Below are positions 25,730 to 38,780 of a stretch of 64,000 bases of DNA, piece by piece (the first letter of the stretch is position 1; each line of letters starts with the position of its first letter). This DNA is from Octopus bimaculoides. Taxonomy: Eukaryota. The DNA lies in the NCBI RefSeq assembly GCF_001194135.2, contig NC_069006.1, positions 16,322,831 through 16,386,830 on the forward strand. Direction: 5' to 3'. Position numbers and translations under genes: made by a program. The notes under the pieces are model-generated. The model did no database searches. It was not told where the DNA came from and saw nothing but the letters and a program-made list of their open reading frames with translations.

Positions 25730-26429
25730 TAACCCTTTACTTTCAGATTTACTCTGTCAAATGTACTGCTTATTTATTCACACTGTTTTGAATTAATCAC
25801 CCATTCTCCGGTAGCCTCAAGATTTCAATGGTGTGTTTGTTGTATACTTTTAGAATAACATTGTAGGACAGGTGTGAGAGANNNNNNNNNNNNNNNNNNN
25901 NNNNNNNNNNNNNNNNNNNNNNNNNNNNNNNNNNNNNNNNNNNNNNNNNNNNNNNNNNNNNNNNNNNNNNNNNNNNNNNNNNNNNNNNNNNNNNNNNNNN
26001 NNNNNNNNNNNNNNNNNNNNNNNNNNNNNNNNNNNNNNNNNNNNNNNNNNNNNNNNNNNNNNNNNNNNNNNNNNNNNNNNNNNNNNNNNNNNNNNNNNNN
26101 NNNNNNNNNNNNNNNNNNNNNNNNNNNNNNNNNNNNNNNNNNNNNNNNNNNNNNNNNNNNNNNNNNNNNNNNNNNNNNNNNNNNNNNNNNNNNNNNNNNN
26201 NNNNNNNNNNNNNNNNNNNNNNNNNNNNNNNNNNNNNNNNNNNNNNNNNNNNNNNNNNNNNNNNNNNNNNNNNNNNNNNNNNNNNNNNNNNNNNNNNNNN
26301 NNNNNNNNNNNNNNNNNNNNNNNNNNNNNNNNNNNNNNNNNNNNNNNNNNNNNNNNNNNNNNNNNNNNNNNNNNNNNNNNNNNNNNNNNNNNNNNNNNNN
26401 NNNNNNNNNNNNNNNAACAAAAGGGTTAA
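25730..26429 (-). mobile_element. piggyBac-type MITE 1 spanning an N-gap
   Basis: taaccctttactttcag before the gap; aaagggttaa after it. Confidence 0.6.
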
Positions 26430-26625
26430 AACTCCAACAGTTATAAACTTGACAGATGCTGAATAAATAGATATTTTATACATGGCTATGTAATTGAGAT
26501 GTACTTCTTATAACCATGTGATTCCAAGTTTAATCCTAATGTGAAACATCTTCCATAAATCAGGGTTCATCGATTCCTTGTGAAAGGATTTTTGTAAATG
26601 GAAACTGCATGTACATGTGTGTGTG

Positions 26626-26664
<39 letters not shown>

Positions 26665-27495
26665 TGCTGATGATATCAGCAAAATATGTAAACATCAGGA
26701 AAATGGATAAACTGGTGGTTTCAAACAAAAACATCATCCATAGTAATTGGTTCTGCCTAAGTTATAAACAAAATCCTTTGTCACTCTTAACCTCATGAAA
26801 GCAGTAAAACTAGTGACTGGAAAGTTGTACTCTACAACAGCATTGTTCACAAAGTGTGACATAAAATATAAATAATTCAAATAAAATAATTCAATCATAT
26901 ATGTCTGCTATACACTATTGTTCTTTTAGTGAAATGTAGCAGGCAGTACACTGAACTGACTGGTGTTAAATATGACTTGTTCTTGCATATCTAGAGTTTC
27001 AATGAGAAAAAGCTTTTAATTTCATTAAAATATAGTGTATAAATTAGCATTTTGACAGTCTAATTGCAATGAGAAATGTCAGTAGTTGAAGATAACCAAA
27101 TTAGACTAAATGTTTTTTTTTCCTCCCCCCAACAACTTCGTGAATAATTCTCCTATTTCAATCAATCATGATTTTAAATATTGAACATTATCATTATTTT
27201 ACTATTCTTCTGCATTAAAAAGTAAAAAAAAAAAAAAAGCAAACCAGCGAAAGAGAAAAAAAAATGAGTATAACCATACATATTGCTTCTTTCTTTCTTT
27301 TTAACCCATTCATTATACTAATTGATTTCAGTTGATTAAATTATGCTGCAAATTACTGATCTTGAAACAAAGTCTTTCAAGATAGGACTTCATTAAGAGA
27401 AGCAATCACATCCTTCCCCCTCCCCACACTTAACTCTGATATACACACACACATACATACATACATACACATATATCTATCTATCTATCTATCTA

Positions 27496-27536
<41 letters not shown>

Positions 27537-28386
27537 AAGAGATTGTAGCTGTAGGGTTAAGATATTAGGGAAATAATGGTTATGAGCTTAAACCCTCACT
27601 AATACAATGTTGGTTAAGCCACATGACAAACATTCTGAGATGTTTTAACTCCAAGAACAGAATCCAACCAGAATTAATAAAATAAAAACACCTGGTTCAA
27701 CAGTATACAAATACCTAAATATTTCCAATAAACAACAACAATACAGGTAGGGTTGATCCAAGGGTGTAGAAGACACTAACATAAGGTGCCATGCAGTGTG
27801 ATAAAATCTGGAAGCAAAATTCCTGACTATTTGGCCATGCTTGCACATAGCATAAACATATTACTGATTATAAAACCGAAAGTCCAGAAAGAAATTGCAA
27901 TAAACTTATATTTAACATTGTGCTTCTCTATAGAGGAATGAATAACGCTATCACCAATGAATTCCACAAATTGAAAAATTGCAGAGAAATTATGCATTGA
28001 GTTGGTTTCTTCTGTCTGCACTATCTGCAAAGTTATTTTTGAAATAAATATTCACATATAATGGTATTATATGTTTAAAGTCACAATATTTATTTTGAAA
28101 TCAGAAGCTAAATGTGAAGAACAAACCATCAACAAATAGTAAAACAAAATACTTGCTGTGTAGTTTGGGTGGTTGTAGGGCTAACAAGAGGGGACAAAGT
28201 GTGCTACAACTGCACCAAGGGAATACAGACATACTCTAGTAGCATCAATGCTGCTTGGCATAGGTGGTGACAAGGATAACATCAAAAGGTGTAGAAATCA
28301 TTGTGATTTCCAACTGACAGCTGATGAACACAACATGCAGCAGTGTAAACTGTATGTAAAATATGAGGATGATAATAATAATAATG

Positions 28387-28444
<58 letters not shown>

Positions 28445-28460
<16 letters not shown>

Positions 28461-28678
28461 CCTTTCTACTATAGGCACAAGACCTGAAATTTTGTGGGGG
28501 GGAGGGGTAAAGTTGATCATATTGACCCCTGTACTTGGCTGGTACTTAATTTATTAACCCCGAAAGGATGAAAAGCAAAGTCAACCTTAGTGGAATTTGA
28601 ACTCAGAATGTAAAGAGAGGTGAAATGTCGCTAAGAATCATGCCTGGCATGGTAATGATTCTGCCAGCTCACTACCTT
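28445..28678 (-). mobile_element. SINE family D with an expanded (aat)n tail (28372-28460)
   Basis: aatcctttctactataggcacaagacctgaaatttt...gccagctcactacc. Confidence 0.8.
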
Positions 28679-28680
28679 AA

Positions 28681-28715
<35 letters not shown>

Positions 28716-28915
28716 CAGTAGTTTTATTTTTATAACGTGCTTTCACTTCACTACCGAGCGCAGCTCTGTGCGCCTTGGGTATGTGCTGTGGTTTGCTGTG
28801 GTGCTCTTATGTTTACTGTATTGAAAGTGTTTTGCGTAGAATGTGTGCAGTACCCAGTAGTGCAATTTTCTGTATGTTATATATATTTGTAAGTCCTGGT
28901 GTTTTTGTTATGTAT
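28716..28915 (-). mobile_element. Dong/R4-like non-LTR retrotransposon 3' end
   Basis: 28914-28813 reads YITKTPGLTNIYNIQKIALLGTAHILRKTLSIQ*; (att)n on both flanks. Confidence 0.65.
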
Positions 28916-29142
28916 TATATTATTATTATTATTATTATGCTATCTGTTATCAAAGTCTTTTATTGTACTGGTCAGTGATACTTTATTTTACTGAAATAGA
29001 ATATTGCAGTGCTGTTGTTAAAGACAGAGGTTTCCATTGCCTGCTAATGATTACATATCTATTGAAGATCATTCCTAATGATGGCTAAAGTTAAAATGAA
29101 ACTGGAGACACAAATTGTACAAAGAAAAGACAATGATCAATT

Positions 29143-29427
29143 CAGTGGATCCCAAACATTTTCAGGCTGTTGCCCTGCTTGTCATCTACGCCACATTCCT
29201 ACCATGCCCTCCATTCACTACTATAAATATAGACCACTTTCTGTAGCAAATTTAAAACAACTTTATTTCACAAGTAAAACTTAACCTACTTAACCCATTA
29301 TTTTGGGTTTTTTTACTACATTGCCCCCCTTTTGGTCACCCCATTATCGCCCTACTTTTTCCAATGCCCCCACTGGATCTTTCCACCAACCCCAAGGGGG
29401 CAGTACCACCCACTTTGGAAACCACTG
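29143..29427. mobile_element. hAT-type MITE
   Basis: cagtggatcccaaa / tttggaaaccactg termini; 8-bp flanks gatcaatt / gattagtt. Confidence 0.7.
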
Positions 29428-30166
29428 GATTAGTTGAATTAGACTGGGCTTGTATAACTTATATATCCAATTATATACAAAATATTACAAAAAGATACAT
29501 TTCTTATATATGCAATACAATATTTGTTTTAGGACTATGCTTTTAGCATGATTATATATAATGCTTTTATCATGATTACATTATGATTCTAACATGTTTT
29601 TATCCTGATTTTATAACTATTATCACTATACAGATTATTCTTCTCTGTTCCGCCCATCCTCCACCTACCTTGCTCCATTCTAGAAAGGGGTGAACAGGTC
29701 TATGCATAGATATATCTTTAGCCATTTCATTAATGATAACAATCTAGACATTTCCCAGTTTTGCTGTTGCACTTGCTGAAGTAAACAGTGAACTAACACG
29801 GAAGACTCAACACAGTAGCTCGGCTAGTGAAAAATAGTTGCTAAAACCCTTCAAATTCCACCTCGCTATCTTAAAAACAAAAAGGACATATTGGAAGATA
29901 TTGTCTGAGATACACAAGATTAATGAGATGCTCACAGCAGGAACACTTTTGACTGCAGTTCTAACTAATCAGCACTAAACAATAAAAGTCACATGACAAA
30001 GGAGCTTCTACATCATCACTGAAATCGGCAAGAAATAAATAACAAGCAAAATGTCTTCAGATCATACCCAGGCCTGAGGAGTCAGCACATTAGACCTCTG
30101 ATCTGTTTCTTCAATTTACAGTACCATCAATTTTAATACCTATATTTGTAATAAGCTAATAAGCAG

Positions 30167-30214
<48 letters not shown>

Positions 30215-30382
30215 GGGAGAATGTACAAAAAAAAACAACAGACAAGGACAGGTGGTGTAAACAACAAAAGGATGTATTAGTTTAACGCTCGGGAATACAG
30301 AAAGTCTTTAACGTTTCGAGCTACGCTCTTCAACAGAAAGAATACGGAGAAAACAAGGAGAAAAACACAGAGAAAAAAAAAT

Positions 30383-30385
<3 letters not shown>
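30215..30385. mobile_element. Possible Penelope-like terminal fragment
   Basis: acgtttcgagctacgctcttcaacag resembles the PLE terminal motif; between (TA)n tracts. Confidence 0.4.
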
Positions 30386-30412
<27 letters not shown>

Positions 30413-30413
<1 letters not shown>

Positions 30414-30755
30414 CAGGTTGAGTAAAAAGTAAGCAACTTGGCAATGAAGTTCTTCCCCACCCAGTTTATTCCCCAGACCTGTCTCCTTACCGACTACCAC
30501 TTTTTCAAGCACCTTGATGGCTTCCTGTGAGAGGAGAAGTTCAAAAATCAAACCAATGCTGAAGATGTGTTCAAAGAGTTCATCAGCCCTAGAACTCCAG
30601 ATTTTTGTTACCAGAATAAACAAACTTATAACTGGTTGGCAAAAATGTGTTGATTGTAATGGTACTTACTTTGATGAATAAAATTTTTGCATTGTTGAAA
30701 TATATTGTGATGAATTTCATGTTTCAAAATGTTGCTTACTTTTTACTGAGCCTGA
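30413..30755 (+). mobile_element. Internally deleted mariner with both TIRs
   Basis: 25-bp TIRs, 2 mismatches, TA flanks; LGNEVLPHPVYSPDLSP/TDYHFFKHLD remnant. Confidence 0.85.
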
Positions 30756-30771
30756 TATATATATATATATA

Positions 30772-30824
<53 letters not shown>

Positions 30825-31114
30825 GTGTGTGGCCAACAGACAACACTTTGTAGTGCTCAAATGGTACCTCATTTGCCAATTTTTTCTCTTAAAACATCTA
30901 CATTTTGTTGTACATGGCCAGGAGTTCCATCAATGAGAAACAAAGCAAATGAGCTGAGATATTTGTATGAGGATGACAAGAAGTCAGTACTGGCCAACAG
31001 AAGTAGTGGCAATGATGCCATTATCGCAAGTGAAGGAGCCACATGGCTTACATGAAATGGAAGTATAGAAATAAATATATATACACTAATCACACATATA
31101 CAATGTACATATAG

Positions 31115-31415
31115 ACTGGCACTCTGTCAGTTACAACAATGCGGGTTCTAATTGATCCAATCAATGGAACAGCTTGAGAAATTAACATACAAGTGGCAGA
31201 GCACTCCACAAACATATGTATCCTTAACATAGTTCTCAGGGAGATTCAGCATGACACAGAATGTGACATGGTTGGCTCTGTTTAATACAGGTAGAATTCA
31301 TTTTTGCCAGCTGAGTGGACCAGAGTAATGTGAAATAAAGTGTCTCAATCAAGGACATAACATGCCAGCAGATATCAAACTAAAGACTTTACGATCATGA
31401 GCCCAACACACTAAC
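31115..31415 (-). mobile_element. SINE family B with tail X
   Basis: ctggcactctgtcagttacaac tail; ttgccagctgagtggacc body in reverse. Confidence 0.7.
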
Positions 31416-32007
31416 CACTAAGCCATACACATAAAACTTTATATACATACAGCATATATACATGTCTACATTCTAGAAATAAAATTCTAAATATAGGATA
31501 TTGATTGATAAGATTATGATAGATGAACTGGGGTGAGAGAAAGTAGAAAAACTGAGAGGTAACAGGTACATTGGCAGAAACAGAGACAGACTGACAAACA
31601 TAGAACTGAGACATTGCAGAAACACCACTTAAAGTGCTAAATCTTATAAATCAATGGAATTTGAAGCAAAATTTTATCTGAATTTTGCACAGTAAAATTA
31701 TCAAATTGAAGAATAAAAATCATTTTAAATTTGCTAGATCTCAATTCAATCCATTCACAGCTGAATTACTACTACTGCTACTACTACTACTATTGTCATC
31801 GTTATTGTTATTATTAATAGTTTCACTCACTGTATGTTATATAAAGTGAGGGAAATAAAAATAATAATAATAATAATGTTAAACAGTGAAATTAACAATT
31901 AGATCTTTATGCAAATTATAAGCCAGAGAAGCAAAGAAAGAAGCAGACAAAACTATTAATAGAAAGACCAAGTCATATAAATACAAATGTAGAGATCTCC
32001 AAAATAT

Positions 32008-32170
32008 AGGTGCAGGTGTGGTGTGCATGGTTGTGGTAAGAAGCTTCCTTCCCAACCACATGGCTCCAAGTTCAATCCCACTGCAAGGCACCTTGGGCAA
32101 GTGTCTTCTATTATAGCCTTGTGAGTGGCTTTGGTAGCCAGAAACTGGAGGAAGCTTATCGCGCGCTCAC

Positions 32171-32215
<45 letters not shown>

Positions 32216-32420
32216 TGTGTTTGTCCCCCACCACCAATTGACAACCGGTGTTGGTGTGTTTACATCCCCATAACTTAGTGGTTTGGCAAAAGAGACCAAC
32301 AGAATAAGAACCAGGCTCAGCAAAAAGTAAAATTAAATACTGGGGTTGATGCATTTGACTAAAAATTCTTCAAGGCAGCACCCCAGCATGGCCTCAGTCA
32401 GAAACAAATAAAAGAATTCA
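32008..32420 (+). mobile_element. SINE family C
   Basis: Head, (TG)n core and tail all present. Confidence 0.8.
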
Positions 32421-33031
32421 TTGCTTCTAACATATGGTGGATGGCTGTGAATGAAAGAGGAGCTGTGATTATCAGTATCCTGTGTTTATCTCATGAGATT
32501 CTCAAGATCTGATCTTAACAAGCTAATCCTATGGTCGTCTTTAGTTTGTTAGAGAAGTGGAACGTTGATTATCAAAGAGATCAAAATACTAGACGAGAAG
32601 CTTGCCAGCAATAAATCTGAAATTCATGGCTTTTTTTTTTTTTTTTTTTNNNNNNNNNNNNNNNNNNNNNNNNNNNNNNNNNNNNNNNNNNNNNNNNNNN
32701 NNNNNNNNNNNNNNNNNNNNNNNNNNNNNNNNNNNNNNNNNNNNNNNNNNNNNNNNNNNNNNNNNNNNNNNNNNNNNNNNNNNNNNNNNNNNNNNNNNNN
32801 NNNNNNNNNNNNNNNNNNNNNNNNNNNNNNNNNNNNNNNNNNNNNNNNNNNNNNNNNNNNNNNNNNNNNNNNNNNNNNNNNNNNNNNNNNNNNNNNNNNN
32901 NNNNNNNNNNNNNNNNNNNNNNNNNNNNNNNNNNNNNNNNNNNNNNNNNNNNNNNNNNNNNNNNNNNNNNNNNNNNNNNNNNNNNNNNNNNNNNNNNNNN
33001 NNNNNNNNNNNNNNNNNNNNNNNNNNNNNNN

Positions 33032-33400
33032 NACAGCTCCTTTATAGGATCCAGTTAGCTCAAGACATCATCAGGAGGAACCACGTCCGGTTTCGGCCCC
33101 TACTCATCTACCGTTTTGACATGGCGCCCCCCCCCTTTCGGAGGTGTCTTCAGCTCTGGTGTTGGGTGCATGTCTTCTTTCTTCTTTTCCCTGGAACTCT
33201 TCGATGCAGCATCAACGAGTGTCAGCATCCGACTGACTGTCTTGTCAAATTCCCCTTTTTATATCCTACCGCAGCAATTTATGAATCTTGATTTCTTTCA
33301 TCCCTCTCCATCCCCTAACTGGTCTTGGAGACCATAGTAAAGATCCTGCTTACTACCCAACCTTCTTATTCAACATCCTCTTCCCATTCCCGTAAGGGGT
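33032..33400. mobile_element. GC-richer repeat fragment, possibly Penelope-like
   Basis: ccggtttcggcccc and gtgtcttcag motifs; follows an N-gap. Confidence 0.3.
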
Positions 33401-34189
33401 AGTAGTAAACAATGTTAGTGAGGTTGTGAACTCAATACTGAATAAACCCACTGGAGCAGGCAATAACGTTGTCATTTTTCTGTCTATATTAAACTTGAAT
33501 TTTGATGTTATGTTTTCTCACATCTAGATTTCCAATGGTGTATTAATAAAATAGTCTTTAATTGGTTGATTACTTTAATTGATTGCAACTAAGCTGGGTT
33601 CCACTTGAAAGGTTTAATTGGTCATACAACATTAGTACATATTTTATCGTTTGTTTGTATTATTCTGTTAAGTTACTTGAATAAATGTAAACATGGACAC
33701 AGACATATATATNNNNNNNNNNNNNNNNNNNNNNNNNNNNNNNNNNNNNNNNNNNNNNNNNNNNNNNNNNNNNNNNNNNNNNNNNNNNNNNNNNNNNNNN
33801 NNNNNNNNNNNNNNNNNNTATATATATATATATATATATATATATGCATTCACACACATATATACATGTAAGCACATAAATGCAGCAGAACATGAAGAAT
33901 ATAGTACCAAAGAAGAGGAAGAGTTAAACACAAGTGCATTCCAGAAATGTTGAGGCTTTTTAAGGAAAGCAAGTTACAACTTTCCTAGATTACTGCAATT
34001 TTTGTATACCATTACCATACATTTAATAAGCTGACCTGCCAACTACTTTTTATAGCAGATTTAAAGGAGAAGACGGTAACAGCACTTAGAACACACCTTA
34101 CTAAACACACACAGACTGTCACAGCTGACTAGTTTACAAAGATGCAGTCAAGATATGCAGGCAATTTGGAAGTTTGTTGTTTCGGTAAT

Positions 34190-35060
34190 ACAATAAGGTG
34201 TTCAATAAAGTGATTTTACCTATTTAAACATATGGGCACAATCACAACAAAAACCTATGAAATGCTCCAGGCTGCTTATGGATTAACTTGCATGAGCCAA
34301 GCATCTGTTTTTTGCTGACACAAGTGGTTCAAACTTGATTGAGAGGAGATGAGAGACAATGAAACGTGTGGGAGGTTGAGGGAAGTCAAAACATCAGAGC
34401 TGGTTGAAAAAATTCACAATTTTCTGGATGATGACTATCATGTGTCTAAAAAGACAAGAAGCATAGAGTTTGGAGTTTGTGTTGCAAATGTACACAGAAT
34501 TAGTCATGAAAAGTTGAACATGTGCAAAATTTGTTTCCAGGATGCTCAGTAACAAATGGAAGGAAAGATGTGTTGGTGACAGCAAGGAGATGGTTGAGCT
34601 CATTACCTCCAATCCAAGAATACTTGAGTCTCTGTGACCTGTGATGAAAGCTGGATCTACTGATATGATCCAAAGACCAAAAGACACAGTGCCCAATCGA
34701 AGCATCCTGGCATCCCCAAGACCCAAGAAGATCAGGCAAAGCAAGTCTACCAGGAAGCTCATAATGGTACCCTTTTTCAACAGCAAGGGCATCCTCTACA
34801 TTCACTGGGTTCCCACTAACCAGACAGTCCACAAAGAATATTTTGTGGGGGTTTTGTGAGAGTTTAGGAAGAGATTTTGTAGCATATGGCTAGAGCTCTT
34901 CCACTCAGGTCAGTGGTCCTGCCCCAGTTCACAATTCCATCTTGGAGCCAACTACTTGACAGAGATGGGCATCAAAACTGCCCCCTCACCCTCCCTACAT
35001 ACCAGACTTGCTCCCTGTGACTTGGTTGTTCCCCAAATTGAAGGAGAATTTTCTAAGAGG
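34190..35060 (+). pseudogene. Decayed mariner (DD34D-type) transposase
   Basis: VTCDESWIY*YDPKTK, YLTEMGIKT and RLAPCD motifs with frameshifts and stops. Confidence 0.8.
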
Positions 35061-35079
35061 ATAGGGTGTACATTTAGGG

Positions 35080-35316
35080 ATATTTAGCTACTACATTCTA
35101 ACAATCAGATTAATTTATCAAATGAAATACTTATTTATCCACATTTTTTTTAATTAATCACATGTAGCTTCAAGATTTTGAAGATGTGATTGCTTTATTT
35201 TTAGAATGGCATTGTAAGTTATATGTGAGAGGCCTGATCTGGGAACATAAAAGTTTGAACATAAAAGAGGTAGAATATTTGGGCTGGATATGGCCAGTTT
35301 AGATGCTAAAATGTTA
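35080..35316 (-). mobile_element. piggyBac-type MITE 1
   Basis: Family body; ends gatgctaaaatgttaa. Confidence 0.7.
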
Positions 35317-36309
35317 ATACATCACTCACTTCAACATTATTACCTAGCTTTCAGGAGCCTTCAGTCTTTGTTCAAAGCATTCAAGCTAGCTCTGCAGTCT
35401 GGGAATAATTTTCTACCTTTCTTTCCACTGGTCACAGAGGCTCTGAAAATAGTTGTGGATATTGCTCTTCCTCATTGGATTGAGCCATTTGAAAGAAAAA
35501 GATCAAGTAAGCAAAGAGAAACTCCTTTGCTGGCTCATCTAAGCAGTGTATTTCATTAGAAATATGTTCATGACAAGCTAAAAACAGAGGAAACTGTCAG
35601 TGAATCAAGTCTTCAGCATATATAGAGTTAATTCCAGTTCACTTGAGTTGTACGAACAGATTTTTTTATACCTAGCTTGCTCGAGTTATTTCATTCACAT
35701 CAACAACTCACCAATGCCCTTGAGAAAGGTTCTAGTCTAAAGAACTTGCTGCTTCTCTGGAAATAGACAGATATGGCTTCATCAAGTCTGTATCAAAAAT
35801 AAATTTTCTATAGAAGCTAATTGATTAATGTGTTTTAAACATTTAGGATTGTAGGTCACAAGTTCAAAAGCTACTGCAGGCATTGTATTTCATAGTTTCC
35901 TAATGTGTACGTGTGTGCGCGTGCACACACATGCTCATGCATACATGCATATGTATATGTATATCATCGTCGTCATCATTTTACATCTATTTTTACATGC
36001 TGATATGGGATGAATGTATCACAGTCTAAGCCAGTCCTTATTTGAAGTTAGTAGTTTCCTAAGTAAGTATCACTCATATTTTCCTCTTTCAATACTTTCT
36101 TTAGCCAGATGCTCCTCCTAATTCCAATCTATTTTACCAAGTGCACGGAGTATGATTTACATAGCACCAGTACGAGAGCAGTTGTCTTGTTCCTGGCAAT
36201 AATCAAAAAGTCTTGTCAACCATATGTTATCTCCATTTGTTTTCCAAGCACTTTACAGAGTATACTACATGCATTTTAGTGTACCATCTTCACTAGAGCA
36301 ATAGTTATG

Positions 36310-36495
36310 TACAAAGGGCTGCTGGAAAGTTCCTGGTTTTAAGGATATCACAAAAGGCCTGGTTGGAGGCCCAATCCTCCAAGTTCTTTTACAGGCTTAG
36401 AAAATCTGAAGGACCACTGCAATAAGTGTGTGAATCTGGGAGGGGGGGTATGTTAATTAAAATCATAATTAACTGATCCTCCCGTATTTTCTACC
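36310..36495. mobile_element. Mariner-derived MITE, reverse of 48207-48422
   Basis: gctgctggaaagttcctgg; aaggaccactgcaataagtgtgtgaatctg. Confidence 0.7.
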
Positions 36496-36813
36496 TCCTC
36501 ATACATGGCAAAACTAAAGATACTTCTATATCCTACAATGTCTCCATTTGTGCAAGGTGACTTGACCATGGGGGTGATCAAAGACAGTACAAGGGGAGAA
36601 CACAGTGATGTGGATGAGAGTGTGAGAAAGGGGTCAGTAACAGGAAGGACAGGGACAAGGATTCAGGAAGAGGTATTTACAATGAATAATAGAGTAGAAA
36701 GTTATAAGAGGGAATAATAGATGATAACAATGAGTAACAGAAGGAATAATGACATAGAGAGAAAAGGAGAGACGGGAAGATAGCAATAAAGATGGGTAAG
36801 CTACAGGTAGCAT

Positions 36814-37025
36814 TAACCCTTTAGCATTTAAACCAGCCTTATCCAGCCAAAATATTTAACCTGTTTTATGTTGAAACTGGCCAGATCCAGCCTCTCACCT
36901 CTATCCTACAATGTTATTCTAAAACTAAACAATCACATCTTTGAAATTTCAAAGCCATGAGAAACTGCATGATTAATTCAAAACAATATCAATAAACAAA
37001 CATTATATTTGACGGAATAATTTGA
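36814..37025 (+). mobile_element. piggyBac-type MITE 1
   Basis: ttaaccctttagcatttaaacc. Confidence 0.8.
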
Positions 37026-37354
37026 ACACTATGGTTAAAGATGAGTGATGTAAAGCAAGATTGTTAGGTATCAATAATGAGTGATTGAGTGAGAAGTAAT
37101 GAGGGGAAGAGAGGAAAGAGAGCAAGAGAGAGACAGAGTGATGATTAGCAATAAAGAGGATTGATGGAAGAGGGGTGAATGCAATACCATCTGTTGTTAC
37201 ATAGACGAAATGTTGGGAAAAAGACTGAGTAATAGTAGGGAGCCACTTCGATAGGAGAGTGATACAAAGAAAGGGAGAGAGAAGATGGAAATTGTCTATG
37301 AGCATAGTAGGTGAAAGGTTCCAAATGTAGATGTTATACATACCAGCAGTTATC

Positions 37355-37391
<37 letters not shown>

Positions 37392-37889
37392 ACATATACA
37401 TACACAACTGATAAAATACTCACACACCACGAACACTTGCAAACAAAGAGATTTGAACAGAAAAAGTTCTAATTCAATCTTCACAGATTAGCTATAAATT
37501 AACAATAGATTAGCAAATCAATTTGATTTACATTTTGTTCTCAGCATTAACAAATGGGTGTGTGTATTCATGCTCATTAATTCAAATCATCTATAAGTTT
37601 AGGTGACACATTGGCAGAATGTTGAACATAAGACAAAAATGCCTTGTTATTTGTTCCCCACTCTTAACATTCTGAGCTCAAATCCTGCAACGGTCAACTT
37701 CACCTTTCCTCTTGTGAGATCAATAAAATAAAGTACCAGTCCAGGGCGATGGATTAACAAAATTAACCCTTTAGCAAACAGATTACTCTGTCAAATGATA
37801 AAAGTGTCGAACATGTGACCAGTAGCTCAATATTGCAAACCTTACATAATAATGATTGTTTGTTTCTTTAACATACACTGCCATTCAAG

Positions 37890-38200
37890 AAAGTTGTTTT
37901 CACCAACTTATGGCTCACAGTCTTGAGGTCATGAGATTGATTTGCAATGGTGCACTGTGTCCTTCAGCAAGACACTTTATTTCATGTTGCTCCAGTCCAT
38001 TCAGTTGGCAAAAATGAGCAGTACCTGTAATTCATTGGGCCAGCCTTGTTACATCTTGTCATGCTGAATCTCTCTTGAGAACTACGTTAAGGGTATGTGT
38101 GTCTGTGGAATGCTCAGCCACTTGCACCTTAATTTCACAAGCAGGCTGCCCCGTTGATTGGTTCAACTAGAGGCCTCATCGTTGTAACTGATGGAGTGCC
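37890..38200 (+). mobile_element. SINE family B with tail X
   Basis: agcaagacactttatttcatgttgctccag body, then cctgtaattc...gatggagtgcca tail. Confidence 0.75.
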
Positions 38201-38399
38201 ATACCACAATATAGTAAAACATACTTATCTAGTGTAAACACAAAAGTGCATATAAGACTCTTAAACTTGAATATATCAAAGAGTTCTCTTATATTCATTA
38301 CTGTTATCTCTTCATGCTTGTTTAGAGTTTATGAAACCTCTAAATATTAATGAGATGTCATCTGAATGATAATGAATGAATTAGTATATGTATAAAACA

Positions 38400-38780
38400 T
38401 TTATCTTTTATCTTTTACTTGTTTCAGTCATTAGACTGCTGCCATGCTGGGGCACCACCTTGACAAACTTTTAGTGAAATGGATCGACTCCAGCGCATTT
38501 TTTTTTTTAAGCCTATTAATTATTCTATTGCTAAACCACTAAGTTACAGAGACGTAAACACACCAGCAGTAGTGGGGGTAAAACACAGACATAGACACAT
38601 ACATACACATATATGACAGGCTTCTTTTAGTTTCCATTTACCAAATCCACTCACAAAGCTTTGGTCGGCCCAAGGCTACAGTAGAAGACATTTGCCCAAG
38701 GTGTCACACAGTGGGACTGAACCCAGAACTATGTGGTTGGGAAGTAAGTTTCTTACCACACAGCCACACTTGCACCTATA
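38400..38780 (-). mobile_element. SINE family C, old copy
   Basis: Full reverse copy with CpG decay. Confidence 0.8.

Noticed and set aside
30869-31093. Protein-like ORFs on both strands, with faint similarity to 40246-40335
   Set aside because: No convincing splice sites or recognisable domain; similarity too low to assert by eye.
36505-37341. Purine-biased segment with 70- and 112-aa ORFs
   Set aside because: Split by a MITE, low complexity, and no identifiable endonuclease or RT motif.
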